DNA of 64,000 nt, taken from positions 69,655 through 133,654 of the forward strand of contig CAZQXN010000001.1 in NCBI GenBank assembly GCA_964597545.1. The letters run 5' to 3'. The notes below the pieces were generated by a model. It was not told the origin of the DNA. It ran no database searches and saw nothing but the letters and a program-made list of their open reading frames with translations. The position numbers and the translations under genes are program-made. The DNA is from an uncultured Planctomycetia bacterium (GTDB lineage: Bacteria > Omnitrophota > Gorgyraeia > 1-14-0-20-64-10). Numbering within the stretch: the first letter of the stretch is position 1; each line of letters starts with the position of its first letter. This document shows, in pieces, positions 8,901 to 16,496 of this stretch.

Positions 8901-11900
8901 AAGCAGCCCTGCTTCCTTGGAGATTCGTAATCCTGATGGGGGAACAGAAATCTTGGTCCGGCTTCCAATCCTCCCCTTGGAGATAAACCTTGGGGAGGCA
9001 GCAGAACAAACTCGAGAACTGTTGGCCGGCAGATTTGGGCAGGGGCTCTCCAGGGAAATGACCGAATCTACCATCACCCAAATCTTGCGGCACAGCCTTC
9101 TGCTGCGCGCTGTGCAGATAGGCTCAGGGGCTAGAGCGGTCCTGATTCAAGGAGAAGCTGCGCAAGAGGTGACCGGACAAGCGGTGGCAAGGGCTCTCGA
9201 CGCACTTCCAGGGTCTTCTGATGGCAATCGGTTTGTTATGCACATTGGCAGGCACCCTTCAGAAGGTCTGGCTGTATACATTGCTCCGCTGCGAGGTGAA
9301 TATCATGCCCTCAGTTCAGGAGAGGCTGTTGAGATCGCGGATCTGCTTCGACAGAGAGAGCCGACGGTAGCTTCCATTCGCTTTCCTGGGCAAGGGTCTC
9401 ATCTGGATGTTCCGCTCGGAGCGCTCAGCCGAGAGTTGATTGCGGCGAGTGTCGATCGGATTCTCCAGGGCGGCAATGGCGTCATCCAGGTGGTGCCCTT
9501 TGAGCTTGGCGAAACAGATAGGCTCGCCATTGAAGTCTTATCAACCTCCGGCCAGGAGGAGAAGCGCCCCGCCCTAGGGCAGCTTACCAAACAGCTGCGT
9601 CAAATTCACAGACCCGGTTCCACGTGGACCCCTTCACAGATTGTTGATGCAGTCCGAGCCGCCTCTGAGACAGAGGATTTTGAGCTAGAGTGGCTTGCTC
9701 CCGGACAGATCAACTCCCCTGCGCAAAGAAAGACCGCCTGGGGGAAGATCCTTCACGCCGCTTACAGTGCGGTCAACAGGGGAGGGCTGGATCCGCTCAC
9801 CTGGCGGAAGGTTCTGGAGCAAGCAGGGCTTGATCCGAATCAGGTCTATGGGCGCAAACGAAGATCGCGAAAAGGGGATGGGATAGCATCCCCGGTTGCC
9901 GTCCACCTCCATCCTCCTTTCAAGGATGGCAAGCCGAACCTGGAGGCGTTAGGGGAACCAAACCACACAGGTGTGCGACTGCCCCGCCGTCCTTGGTGGA
10001 AGGAACACGCTCCTGCTCGCGCTCTGTTCATGAACCTTGAAACAGCTGGGAGTTCAACTGGGCAAGCGATCGTTAATGCTTACGGCCCCTCCTACTCACT
10101 CCCGCTGCCCTACAACGAATCCAACCCGGACCGCGTGGTGGTGTTGGCAGATGTCCCTGAGCCGGATCAGATCCGCGTACTGGCCATCTACCACGCTCAA
10201 ACCTTAAAGCAACTCTACCCCACCGCCAATCAGATATGGATCTATCCTCGCTTCCACCTGCAAGGAGGAAAGCTCCGAGGAGATTCTTTCTTCTTAAGGG
10301 CTACAGAGAAGATCAAAGATACCTCCTGGGACAATCTGGCCGCACGGGGCCCGCAAGTCGCCCTGGCGCATAGCCGCATTGGCGTCGACTCTGGCAGTTC
10401 ATACGTCCACTGCAGGGGTATCCCGCGCCTCATTCCGTACCGTAAAGGGGTAACGCATTCAAATCCTATGCTGGTCATTGCTGATACGCGCGCAGAGGCT
10501 GAAGCACCACCCATTGCCATCTATAACAACCAGGGGGATCAAGTTGCTCCTCACTGGGAAGATGCGTCGGTTCTGGAATTTGATGCGGTCGAGCTGGCAT
10601 CGCAGCTGCTGCGCCAACTGGCAGGCGCCTCCAATCTACTGCAAGGATCCGGCAGCGAACGAACTGTGCAACATCTCGACGTCAGCCAGCTGCTCGGCGG
10701 AACACCGGCTGCCATTGCCTTCCGTGATGACAGCGAGGACGGCTTAAGGCGGCGCCTGGAAGTGGCGCTGGCGGTAGCACTTGACCCCTGGAAACCTGCT
10801 CTTTATGATCCGGCTCGTGGGCAATATCTGCCGGCCTGGGAGGCGGGCGAACCCTTAAGGGAAGCGGGAATTGCCTCTATTCAAATTACGGTTCCACCTC
10901 GACCGGAACAGCCGGAAACCGCCTGGTTGGTTGTTCCGAGCAACGGTACGGCGGGGCTGCCGGCTTACGAGGCTGATGCGTTTAGAGGGTTTCATCCGAA
11001 TCAAGCGCAAAAGCTTCCCGCCGACACAACCCACGTCATCACGCGGCCCCTCACCAGGGAAGCCCTCTCCAGAGAGGTTGTGATTCCGTTGCACTACAAC
11101 GAGCGCGCAACCAGCGTTGTGGCGCTGCTTTCCCGGGAAGCTGGGGTCAGTACGGGAGAACGCATTCCAGCAGGAAAGAATACTCGGCTCTTCTTTGAGC
11201 CGACACTTCAATTGGATCACTGGGTAGGCGAAGAGGATAACGGCAGGCCGGCTCTGGTGTTGTGGTCGCATCCCTGGCCTGGTGATACCGTTCCAGACAG
11301 CTTCACCATACCCACCATTGATCTACATCCCGATCAAACCTTTTCACTTACCCTAAGACAGCTGTTTCATGCAGCACTGCTCGGCCACACAGCAGCAGCG
11401 CACCTGAATGTCTCAGCCCTCTGGACCTTCTTAGACAGCGAAAATCAGCCGCTGTTGGCCGCTGCTATCGGCCCGGAGCGCACTGCCGGCCAGGAGGAGG
11501 CTGATACCCTCGCAGGGGTCAGCACCCGCAGTGTGGTGTCGACTTACTTTGATCCGCCATTTTACGAGCACGGAACGCTCAAGGAAGTCACAGCAGATTC
11601 AGTTTGGGAATTCACAAATTTGCCGCCTGCCTTCTGGGAAACCGCCCGAGAGAGAGCCCAGAAGCATGTTGTACTCCGCGGCGTGCGCTCGATCGACACC
11701 AATGGGCAAGCGCACTTTGCAGCCACAACAGCACAAAGGAAAACCGGCCGCTATCCCACCGCAGTGCCTTACGGCGCAGATGTTGCATTTACGGTGGCGT
11801 TTAACATGCAGCATCCCCTTCTGGGGATTCCCGAGAAAGCTTTTCACAACGGAATCCAAGTGTACCCGGCAGCAAACCATGTCGAGATGTATCTGCATTT

Positions 11901-14900
11901 CGAGGTACGCCATGGCAAGCTGGTGCCTGAAGCCTCCTTCCTGTTTAAAGCAACTGAGCGATCGATTAAGGGGGTTTGGGATCTCCCTGAAGTTTTGGAG
12001 GCAAGCTCAGTGGCGTTGGCAAACGTTTCAACACTTACGAGGCCAATCCGAAACAAGCCCAATGTATCGTTTCGGTACCGCACAAAGCGTTTCACCATTT
12101 CGGTGCCGAATGGGGAATCCGCTCCACAGCGTGTTCTGATCCTCGGCAATCCCAAGAGACCGGATGGAGATCCCCCGGAAATCGTCCACGATATGAAAAC
12201 AGGCCGAGAGGTTTGGCCCACCTGGGGGGCAGTCCCCGCGCAAACCCTGGCCGACGCCTTAGAGCGATACCACGATGAGGAGGTGGCCAGTCAGTTTCGG
12301 CGCCCTTACGACCCCCGCTACTTCAACGAGTTGCTCCAGCAGGCGCAGCGAAGTTTTCCGCAGCCTACTGAGGGGGAACGTATTGTGTTCGATCTGCTAC
12401 AAGCGGCCGCCCGAGCTGCTCGGGCGGCTCAAGGGAACAATCCTCAGCACATCGAGGACTTTTTCAGCACCAGCGCCGACCGAATCCAACAAAGGGAGCC
12501 AATCAGAGTCAACGGCGGCCTGGAGGAGACTGGAAAATTTGATTTGATACGGGCAGAGGAACCGATTCCGCCCTTCCGGCTGCCGGAGTTGCCTGATGGG
12601 TTCCGGGTAAGCGAAGGGACCTTTCCTCTGGATCCCTCAACAGCCATGTTCAGCACCTTGATTCGAGAGCACCCGGAGCTGTTTCAAGGCATGGTCCTGG
12701 ACCTTGGAACCGGAAGCGGAGCTTTGGCCATTCAACTGGCCCGCCAGGGCGCCACTGTGGTGGGTATAGACAAATTAAGAGGAGCCATCGACGATGCGCG
12801 CCACAACCTCTCCCTAGAATCACCAGAGGTGCAGGCCCGGGTCACCTTCGGAGTCAGCGATCTATACGAGAATCTTCCTCAGATCACCGGGGAAGACAGT
12901 CCTCAATTCGACGTGGTGATTTACAACAACGGTATTCGCTTAGAGAAGGTCGCCCAAATCATCCCTCGAGATGCGATGTTGAAGGCCGGGGAGGCAGGGG
13001 AAGAGGTGGCCCGGGCCGTCAGCGGGTTGGACCAGGTGCTCACTCCAAATGGCAGAAGCTTTTTCCTGGGGGGTTCGGATCGCAATCTCGTCAACCTTTT
13101 CGGGTGGGGCCATTTTGAGGAGGCAAAACCAGAGGGGTGGAGGGTGCACCCCACAACATACAAGAAAAGCATGGCGCGCATCGTAAGGCAGGTGTTGATC
13201 TTCCGGGTGGCACCCCCGGGCGTTCCGGAATCTGCCGAGGTGGTGGCCGAGCCGAGCCTTCTCAATGTCCTCTTCCTTCCGGAGCGAAGGTTTGAAGTCC
13301 CGGCCGGCCAGGAGGAGAGACGGGAGATTGAGCTGGATACGATACCGCTTCAAGAAGCCGGCTCGAGAGAGACTGATGCGCATACACCCCTCTTCGACCC
13401 CCTGAATAGACCGTTCCAAGACCCTTTAAGTCCCTTTCATCCAATCCGCATTGACATGGGACCGATCCTCACGAATCTAGCAGACAACGCCAGAGAGCAT
13501 TTCCTGGAGCGCTTCCCGGATGTTGCGAACAAGACGGCTCAACTCAAACTTTCTGTTGCTGAACGAGATGCTGGGGATCGGTCCCTCATCATCCGCTACC
13601 AGGACAACAATCCGCATCCCTGGGAAATTCCGATTGACGAGGCGGTCCGAGGCTGGGGTGAGAGCAGAAAAGAACTTTCATGGGGAATAGGAGAGGGCTT
13701 GACAGGATCTTATAGAAGGACAATGAAGCTGGGTGGTCGCTTCACCGTGGAGGGGATGGACCCGAACGAAGGGCGCACCCGTCTGATCTACGCCGAGCCT
13801 GACCAAGAGCCTGCACCGGAAGATCGTCGCTACCAGAGCGATGGGACAGAGATCGTAGCTGAGCTTCCGATTCAAGCTCCAGATCAGTCCCTTGAAGCGC
13901 TTGCCGAATCCTTCCGTCAGAGCCTGGCCTCCGGCCAGGAGGGGCGTTCTGACGAATGGCGCCTCAGGGATAAAAAGGTTTCTGGGGGTCCGGCGATTCG
14001 GTGGCGGCCTCTCACCAATACGCCTGAGATGGTAAGTCGGTCGGAGCTAGAGCACGCCCAGCGGCGCGCTTACGACGAACATATTTTTGACCACCTCCCA
14101 AAGGATCTGGTACCCGCCCTTTCTGGTGGCATCTCTGGATTGCTGGCTCAGTTTGAGCAAGAAAACCGAGCAAGCGGCAAACCCTTCGCTTGGTGGGATG
14201 GGGCAGGCGGCATCGGCACGGCACTCCATCAGGCACGCGGCAGCGGCCATTATCCACACTTGGTACCTGTCCTTGTCGATCTTGTCAACTGGAAAGAAGA
14301 AGAGCTACCCCAGAAAGCAAGAGGGTGGCTCCGTCAGATGGCGCCGATTTGGGGGGTGGATTACCAAGATTTCTGGTCTAAGAAAGGTGTTGGGTTTATT
14401 TCGGGGGATCTTTCGACGCTTTATATTCCGCCAGAAGAAGCATCTTCCATCCGCCTTTTTACAATCATCGGATCGCTGGGTTTCTTTGATAATCCTTTGG
14501 GTGCCCTGCTAAACGTCTATAATCAACTCCCGGATGACGCCATCCTCCTAGCACCCTTATTCATCTCGATGGAAGACCCTCGGCGCCCTGAGCCAGAGGA
14601 GGCCGTCGTTGACTTCTATCGGGACGTGGTGGTTCCTGATCTTAAAGCGCATGGTGTTCAAGTCGATTTCAAGAAGACCAATCAGATGGAAGAGGCGGCC
14701 GTTGCTCAGGGACTCGGCGCGGGCATTCCGCAATTCCAGGCCGGATTCGTGTTCGTTAAGACGCCTGGATCAATCAAGCTGCTCCTTACGCCTAAAGTAC
14801 GCACCTTCCCGCAGAAGACAACCCGTGACGTTCTAGCGAAGGTCGTTCATTATGAGGGGGATCTTGAGAACCCCTTCGCTTACCATCCTCCTACCTCCGG

Positions 14901-15360
14901 CCTGGAGGAGGCGGTTGTGTGGGAATCAACGGTGTTTCGGGGGCAATTCCCGCAACTGGCAGACCAGATTCCAGCAAACGCCACTCATCTTTTGGGGGTG
15001 CCCCTCGACGGTGCGGTCACGCTGTATCGGCCTGAGACCTTGGCCGGAGGGCTGGAGGAACGAATTCGAGTAGAAGCAGAGCATTTCCCTGGTGTCGTCA
15101 TCCGGGCACAGCCGATTCCGCCGGCCGAGCGCAGCGTTCAGCGCCCTGCAGTTTTTGTGCTGGATACCCTCTTGGAGCTTAAGCTCCCCTACGAGCCCAC
15201 TCCTGCTGTGCACCACCAACTGGGCCAAGCGCTCCCGCCGCTGTTGAGGCTTATTGCCATGGCTTTAGCAGGTCGGACCGATGTCGTTGCTGCCTGGGTT
15301 GTCGGCCAGGTGGTTGAGGAAGATGGCCGGCAATACTTTGTCCTGGCGGTTCAACTGTAA
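5926..15360 (+). CDS. Giant protein of about 3,145 aa with a predicted signal peptide; NTase-like motif, two GHKL-like ATPase-like segments, two SAM-MTase-like segments and an internally duplicated module; function unknown
   Basis: One stop-free frame runs from 5875 to 15360 (9.5 kb). The first in-frame ATGs are 5926 (MVHHTMTRPLAFLLALLIGLPAPALLGSQALAAE) and 5941; the ORF-track start at 5875 is a TTG. The N-terminus looks like a signal peptide. The motifs I read are: VVGSAFLSPGEAIADLDLAVYD (hG[GS]x9-13DhD, about 7710-7790); LNDNAFLHF...YQDNNPEAWE...GGVGLW (about 8560-8900) and LADNAREHF...YQDNNPHPWE...GGRFTVE (about 13470-13800), which are GHKL N-box/G-box-like; VLDLGTGSGALAI...DVVIYN (about 12690-13000) and WWDGAGGIGTAL...VDLVNW (about 14190-14300), which are MTase motif I/II-like; and the duplication FFLRATEKIKDTSWDNL versus FLFKATERSIKGVWDLP (about 10290 and 11940). 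Confidence 0.85.
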   Translation: MVHHTMTRPLAFLLALLIGLPAPALLGSQALAAEHGAASSSRSHHLRPSIEERVEADLASGLEEGAEDLATILEVPTIQQLSAIPLERIGEAYLLDPRPTTSDLKDQFESAQRELWSVGFKHREAPHLVVGVGREIKASGITHFLGKLYSRTRPTSVRMLHKHPVRSAIPSHKDFSGLKEWRKRYGKSVRRQRNWINGADNGIQRFVEYGHRRLWRIFSSKKLQARIWRGGPKKPAEAFFIPGTDRWHVSDIRNHSLPGTDQEGHSYFFSLVDTPGVQRVEFNDHQGRWASCSASDTWEELLESQGYTRPAYSGLEEEWVERIRTATQQWQAKGWKLYDPEELSSAFAKIAAKLGSGLEKTQALDAQDTRRFIWERRQEFMVAFSHLAEALHLPPENNPLSVIALTPARGKSPPKQAVLDLPYGEGVLRATIHFQNPSQTPRTKFQFQIRDAAGTARRLGEMRMGADKERRDTLPLLHIDVVDPLRPRTPHGEKRKWIWHLGIDWAFTQQDGIQEKLIAYKTFQDNLGQRVRQLSRRPTRDTTAASGQEEPILSLPGAVQVPLADLRLAERIEAHTGVAGIDPVRTALKQLPNSLVLAVVGSAFLSPGEAIADLDLAVYDTAEDGAGVWELLDRLEDCLGPLGEVTRSPAAGDEKAWTDPYTLSVEDVRGGGESFQVDIFALPMSLLRTNPIVDGLDALFYVGGFNPLFPVYGVQSSQAAEQFVEIAAAIPETTLVGNLTQWKQALLEDAQMRLRFGESEAEAIQKVRRRARTVLYALDSNEVPAPDALPGNQKELGELLRTLQTRQGDFVERVRAIRLASGLEEGIELATVPIPRSADETDAYVNRLHRTRVVIGDALRIPYDPSFPETVAERHHLSVIRHLNDNAFLHFLDRTSIANPQAQFTFFLTQGVVDGALRWFLNVQYQDNNPEAWEHPIESAVTKLSGGSQRDGGGVGLWTAYQAVAQIPDAALIVEARDVDGHRKRLKFVKALSSPASLEIRNPDGGTEILVRLPILPLEINLGEAAEQTRELLAGRFGQGLSREMTESTITQILRHSLLLRAVQIGSGARAVLIQGEAAQEVTGQAVARALDALPGSSDGNRFVMHIGRHPSEGLAVYIAPLRGEYHALSSGEAVEIADLLRQREPTVASIRFPGQGSHLDVPLGALSRELIAASVDRILQGGNGVIQVVPFELGETDRLAIEVLSTSGQEEKRPALGQLTKQLRQIHRPGSTWTPSQIVDAVRAASETEDFELEWLAPGQINSPAQRKTAWGKILHAAYSAVNRGGLDPLTWRKVLEQAGLDPNQVYGRKRRSRKGDGIASPVAVHLHPPFKDGKPNLEALGEPNHTGVRLPRRPWWKEHAPARALFMNLETAGSSTGQAIVNAYGPSYSLPLPYNESNPDRVVVLADVPEPDQIRVLAIYHAQTLKQLYPTANQIWIYPRFHLQGGKLRGDSFFLRATEKIKDTSWDNLAARGPQVALAHSRIGVDSGSSYVHCRGIPRLIPYRKGVTHSNPMLVIADTRAEAEAPPIAIYNNQGDQVAPHWEDASVLEFDAVELASQLLRQLAGASNLLQGSGSERTVQHLDVSQLLGGTPAAIAFRDDSEDGLRRRLEVALAVALDPWKPALYDPARGQYLPAWEAGEPLREAGIASIQITVPPRPEQPETAWLVVPSNGTAGLPAYEADAFRGFHPNQAQKLPADTTHVITRPLTREALSREVVIPLHYNERATSVVALLSREAGVSTGERIPAGKNTRLFFEPTLQLDHWVGEEDNGRPALVLWSHPWPGDTVPDSFTIPTIDLHPDQTFSLTLRQLFHAALLGHTAAAHLNVSALWTFLDSENQPLLAAAIGPERTAGQEEADTLAGVSTRSVVSTYFDPPFYEHGTLKEVTADSVWEFTNLPPAFWETARERAQKHVVLRGVRSIDTNGQAHFAATTAQRKTGRYPTAVPYGADVAFTVAFNMQHPLLGIPEKAFHNGIQVYPAANHVEMYLHFEVRHGKLVPEASFLFKATERSIKGVWDLPEVLEASSVALANVSTLTRPIRNKPNVSFRYRTKRFTISVPNGESAPQRVLILGNPKRPDGDPPEIVHDMKTGREVWPTWGAVPAQTLADALERYHDEEVASQFRRPYDPRYFNELLQQAQRSFPQPTEGERIVFDLLQAAARAARAAQGNNPQHIEDFFSTSADRIQQREPIRVNGGLEETGKFDLIRAEEPIPPFRLPELPDGFRVSEGTFPLDPSTAMFSTLIREHPELFQGMVLDLGTGSGALAIQLARQGATVVGIDKLRGAIDDARHNLSLESPEVQARVTFGVSDLYENLPQITGEDSPQFDVVIYNNGIRLEKVAQIIPRDAMLKAGEAGEEVARAVSGLDQVLTPNGRSFFLGGSDRNLVNLFGWGHFEEAKPEGWRVHPTTYKKSMARIVRQVLIFRVAPPGVPESAEVVAEPSLLNVLFLPERRFEVPAGQEERREIELDTIPLQEAGSRETDAHTPLFDPLNRPFQDPLSPFHPIRIDMGPILTNLADNAREHFLERFPDVANKTAQLKLSVAERDAGDRSLIIRYQDNNPHPWEIPIDEAVRGWGESRKELSWGIGEGLTGSYRRTMKLGGRFTVEGMDPNEGRTRLIYAEPDQEPAPEDRRYQSDGTEIVAELPIQAPDQSLEALAESFRQSLASGQEGRSDEWRLRDKKVSGGPAIRWRPLTNTPEMVSRSELEHAQRRAYDEHIFDHLPKDLVPALSGGISGLLAQFEQENRASGKPFAWWDGAGGIGTALHQARGSGHYPHLVPVLVDLVNWKEEELPQKARGWLRQMAPIWGVDYQDFWSKKGVGFISGDLSTLYIPPEEASSIRLFTIIGSLGFFDNPLGALLNVYNQLPDDAILLAPLFISMEDPRRPEPEEAVVDFYRDVVVPDLKAHGVQVDFKKTNQMEEAAVAQGLGAGIPQFQAGFVFVKTPGSIKLLLTPKVRTFPQKTTRDVLAKVVHYEGDLENPFAYHPPTSGLEEAVVWESTVFRGQFPQLADQIPANATHLLGVPLDGAVTLYRPETLAGGLEERIRVEAEHFPGVVIRAQPIPPAERSVQRPAVFVLDTLLELKLPYEPTPAVHHQLGQALPPLLRLIAMALAGRTDVVAAWVVGQVVEEDGRQYFVLAVQL

Positions 15361-15407
15361 CACCCCCCTGAGCCTTTTGTTGGCCTCGTTCTCAAATCAG
15401 CGTACAA

Positions 15408-16445
15408 TTGTTCTCAGAAATGAGCTCATCTAACCCAAAAGGGGTCAGACCCCCTGAAGGGGGTCAGACCCCTGCGTCCCACCGCTGTGGATCGGTCGTG
15501 ATCCTGGGCCGCCCCAATGTGGGTAAGTCCACCCTTTTGAACCGCCTCCTGGGCGAGAAGATCGCGATTGTCTCGCATAAGCCGGAGACCACCCGGGAGC
15601 AACTCTTAGGCATCCTGACCCTGGCCGATGCTCAAATCCTTTTCTATGACACCCCTGGGATTTATCGAGCCCCCTCCACCCTCTTGGGCAAGCACCAGGT
15701 GCAGGCAGCTCGGGATGCCCTGGAGGCCGCGGATGTCATGCTGCTCATGACCGAAGCGCAGGCCGGGTTGACCGATGAGGATAAGCAGATTGTGGGGCTG
15801 CTGAAAACCAGAACAACGGTACCGGGTACAGCAAGTGTACCCGGTACCGAAACCGAGGGGTTGCCGGTGTTGCTGGCAATCAACAAGGCTGACCGGGTCA
15901 AGAAGTCGCTCATTCTGCCGCAGATCGAGGAAGCAAATCATCTTTATCCATTCCGGGAAATTGTGCCGATATCCGCCAGGGACGGAGACAACACCGAGCC
16001 CCTCTTAAAGGCGCTGGTCCAAGCATTGCCTGTTGGACCAGCCCTGTATCCTGCGGATGAGCTGACCGATAAGCCCGCACGTACTCTGGTCCAGGAGCTC
16101 ATCCGCGAGAAGACCTTGCTCTTTACCCACGAAGAGGTGCCTTATGCGGTGGCGGTCCTCGTTGAGGAATGGCGAGAGGGAGAAAAGCCAAAAGGGGTCA
16201 GACCCCTTAAGAAGAAGGGGTCAGACCCCGTCTACATTCGGGCAACGATCTATGTGGAGCGGGATTCGCAGAAGGGGATCTTGATCGGCAAGGGGGGAGG
16301 ACTCCTAAAGAAGATCGGGGAGGCAGCCCGCAAAGAGATTGAGGCGCTGTTGAAAGGGCCAATCTTTCTTGATCTTTGGATCAAGGTTGCCAAGAACTGG
16401 CGCAAGGACCCCCAGATGCTAAGGAGGCTGGGATATGGTGCATGA
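15408..16445 (+). CDS. era: GTPase Era, carrying three in-frame palindromic-repeat insertions
   Basis: The G1 motif ([16 protein letters not shown]), DTPG, NKAD and a C-terminal KH domain (VAVLVEEW...[37 protein letters not shown]...LDLWIKV) are all present. Relative to E. coli Era there are extra segments at the N-terminus, before the G4 motif and in the KH domain, and these coincide with the repeat elements. Confidence 0.85.
   Translation: MFSEMSSSNPKGVRPPEGGQTPASHRCGSVVILGRPNVGKSTLLNRLLGEKIAIVSHKPETTREQLLGILTLADAQILFYDTPGIYRAPSTLLGKHQVQAARDALEAADVMLLMTEAQAGLTDEDKQIVGLLKTRTTVPGTASVPGTETEGLPVLLAINKADRVKKSLILPQIEEANHLYPFREIVPISARDGDNTEPLLKALVQALPVGPALYPADELTDKPARTLVQELIREKTLLFTHEEVPYAVAVLVEEWREGEKPKGVRPLKKKGSDPVYIRATIYVERDSQKGILIGKGGGLLKKIGEAARKEIEALLKGPIFLDLWIKVAKNWRKDPQMLRRLGYGA
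15441..15472 (+). repeat. Tandem pair of GGGGTCAGACCCC palindromes inside the era 5' coding region
   Basis: ccaaaaGGGGTCAGACCCCctgaaGGGGGTCAGACCCC, which encodes [14 protein letters not shown] in frame. Confidence 0.7.
15818..15848 (+). repeat. Dispersed palindromic element, copy B (GGTACCGGGTACA gcaag TGTACCCGGTACC), inserted in frame in era
   Basis: A perfect 13-bp inverted repeat with a 5-nt loop. It encodes [12 protein letters not shown] in the loop between the G3 and G4 motifs of Era (E. coli has ...LREGKAPVILAVNK... here). Confidence 0.75.
16198..16239 (+). repeat. Second tandem pair of GGGGTCAGACCCC palindromes, inside the era KH domain
   Basis: ccaaaaGGGGTCAGACCCCttaagaagaaGGGGTCAGACCCC, which encodes [14 protein letters not shown] in frame. 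The 19-nt lead-in ccaaaaggggtcagacccc is identical to the one at 15435-15453. Confidence 0.75.
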
Positions 16446-16496
16446 CAAAAACAAAAAAGGGTCAGGCACCTTTTCACCTATTCGTGAGGTAGCGCA

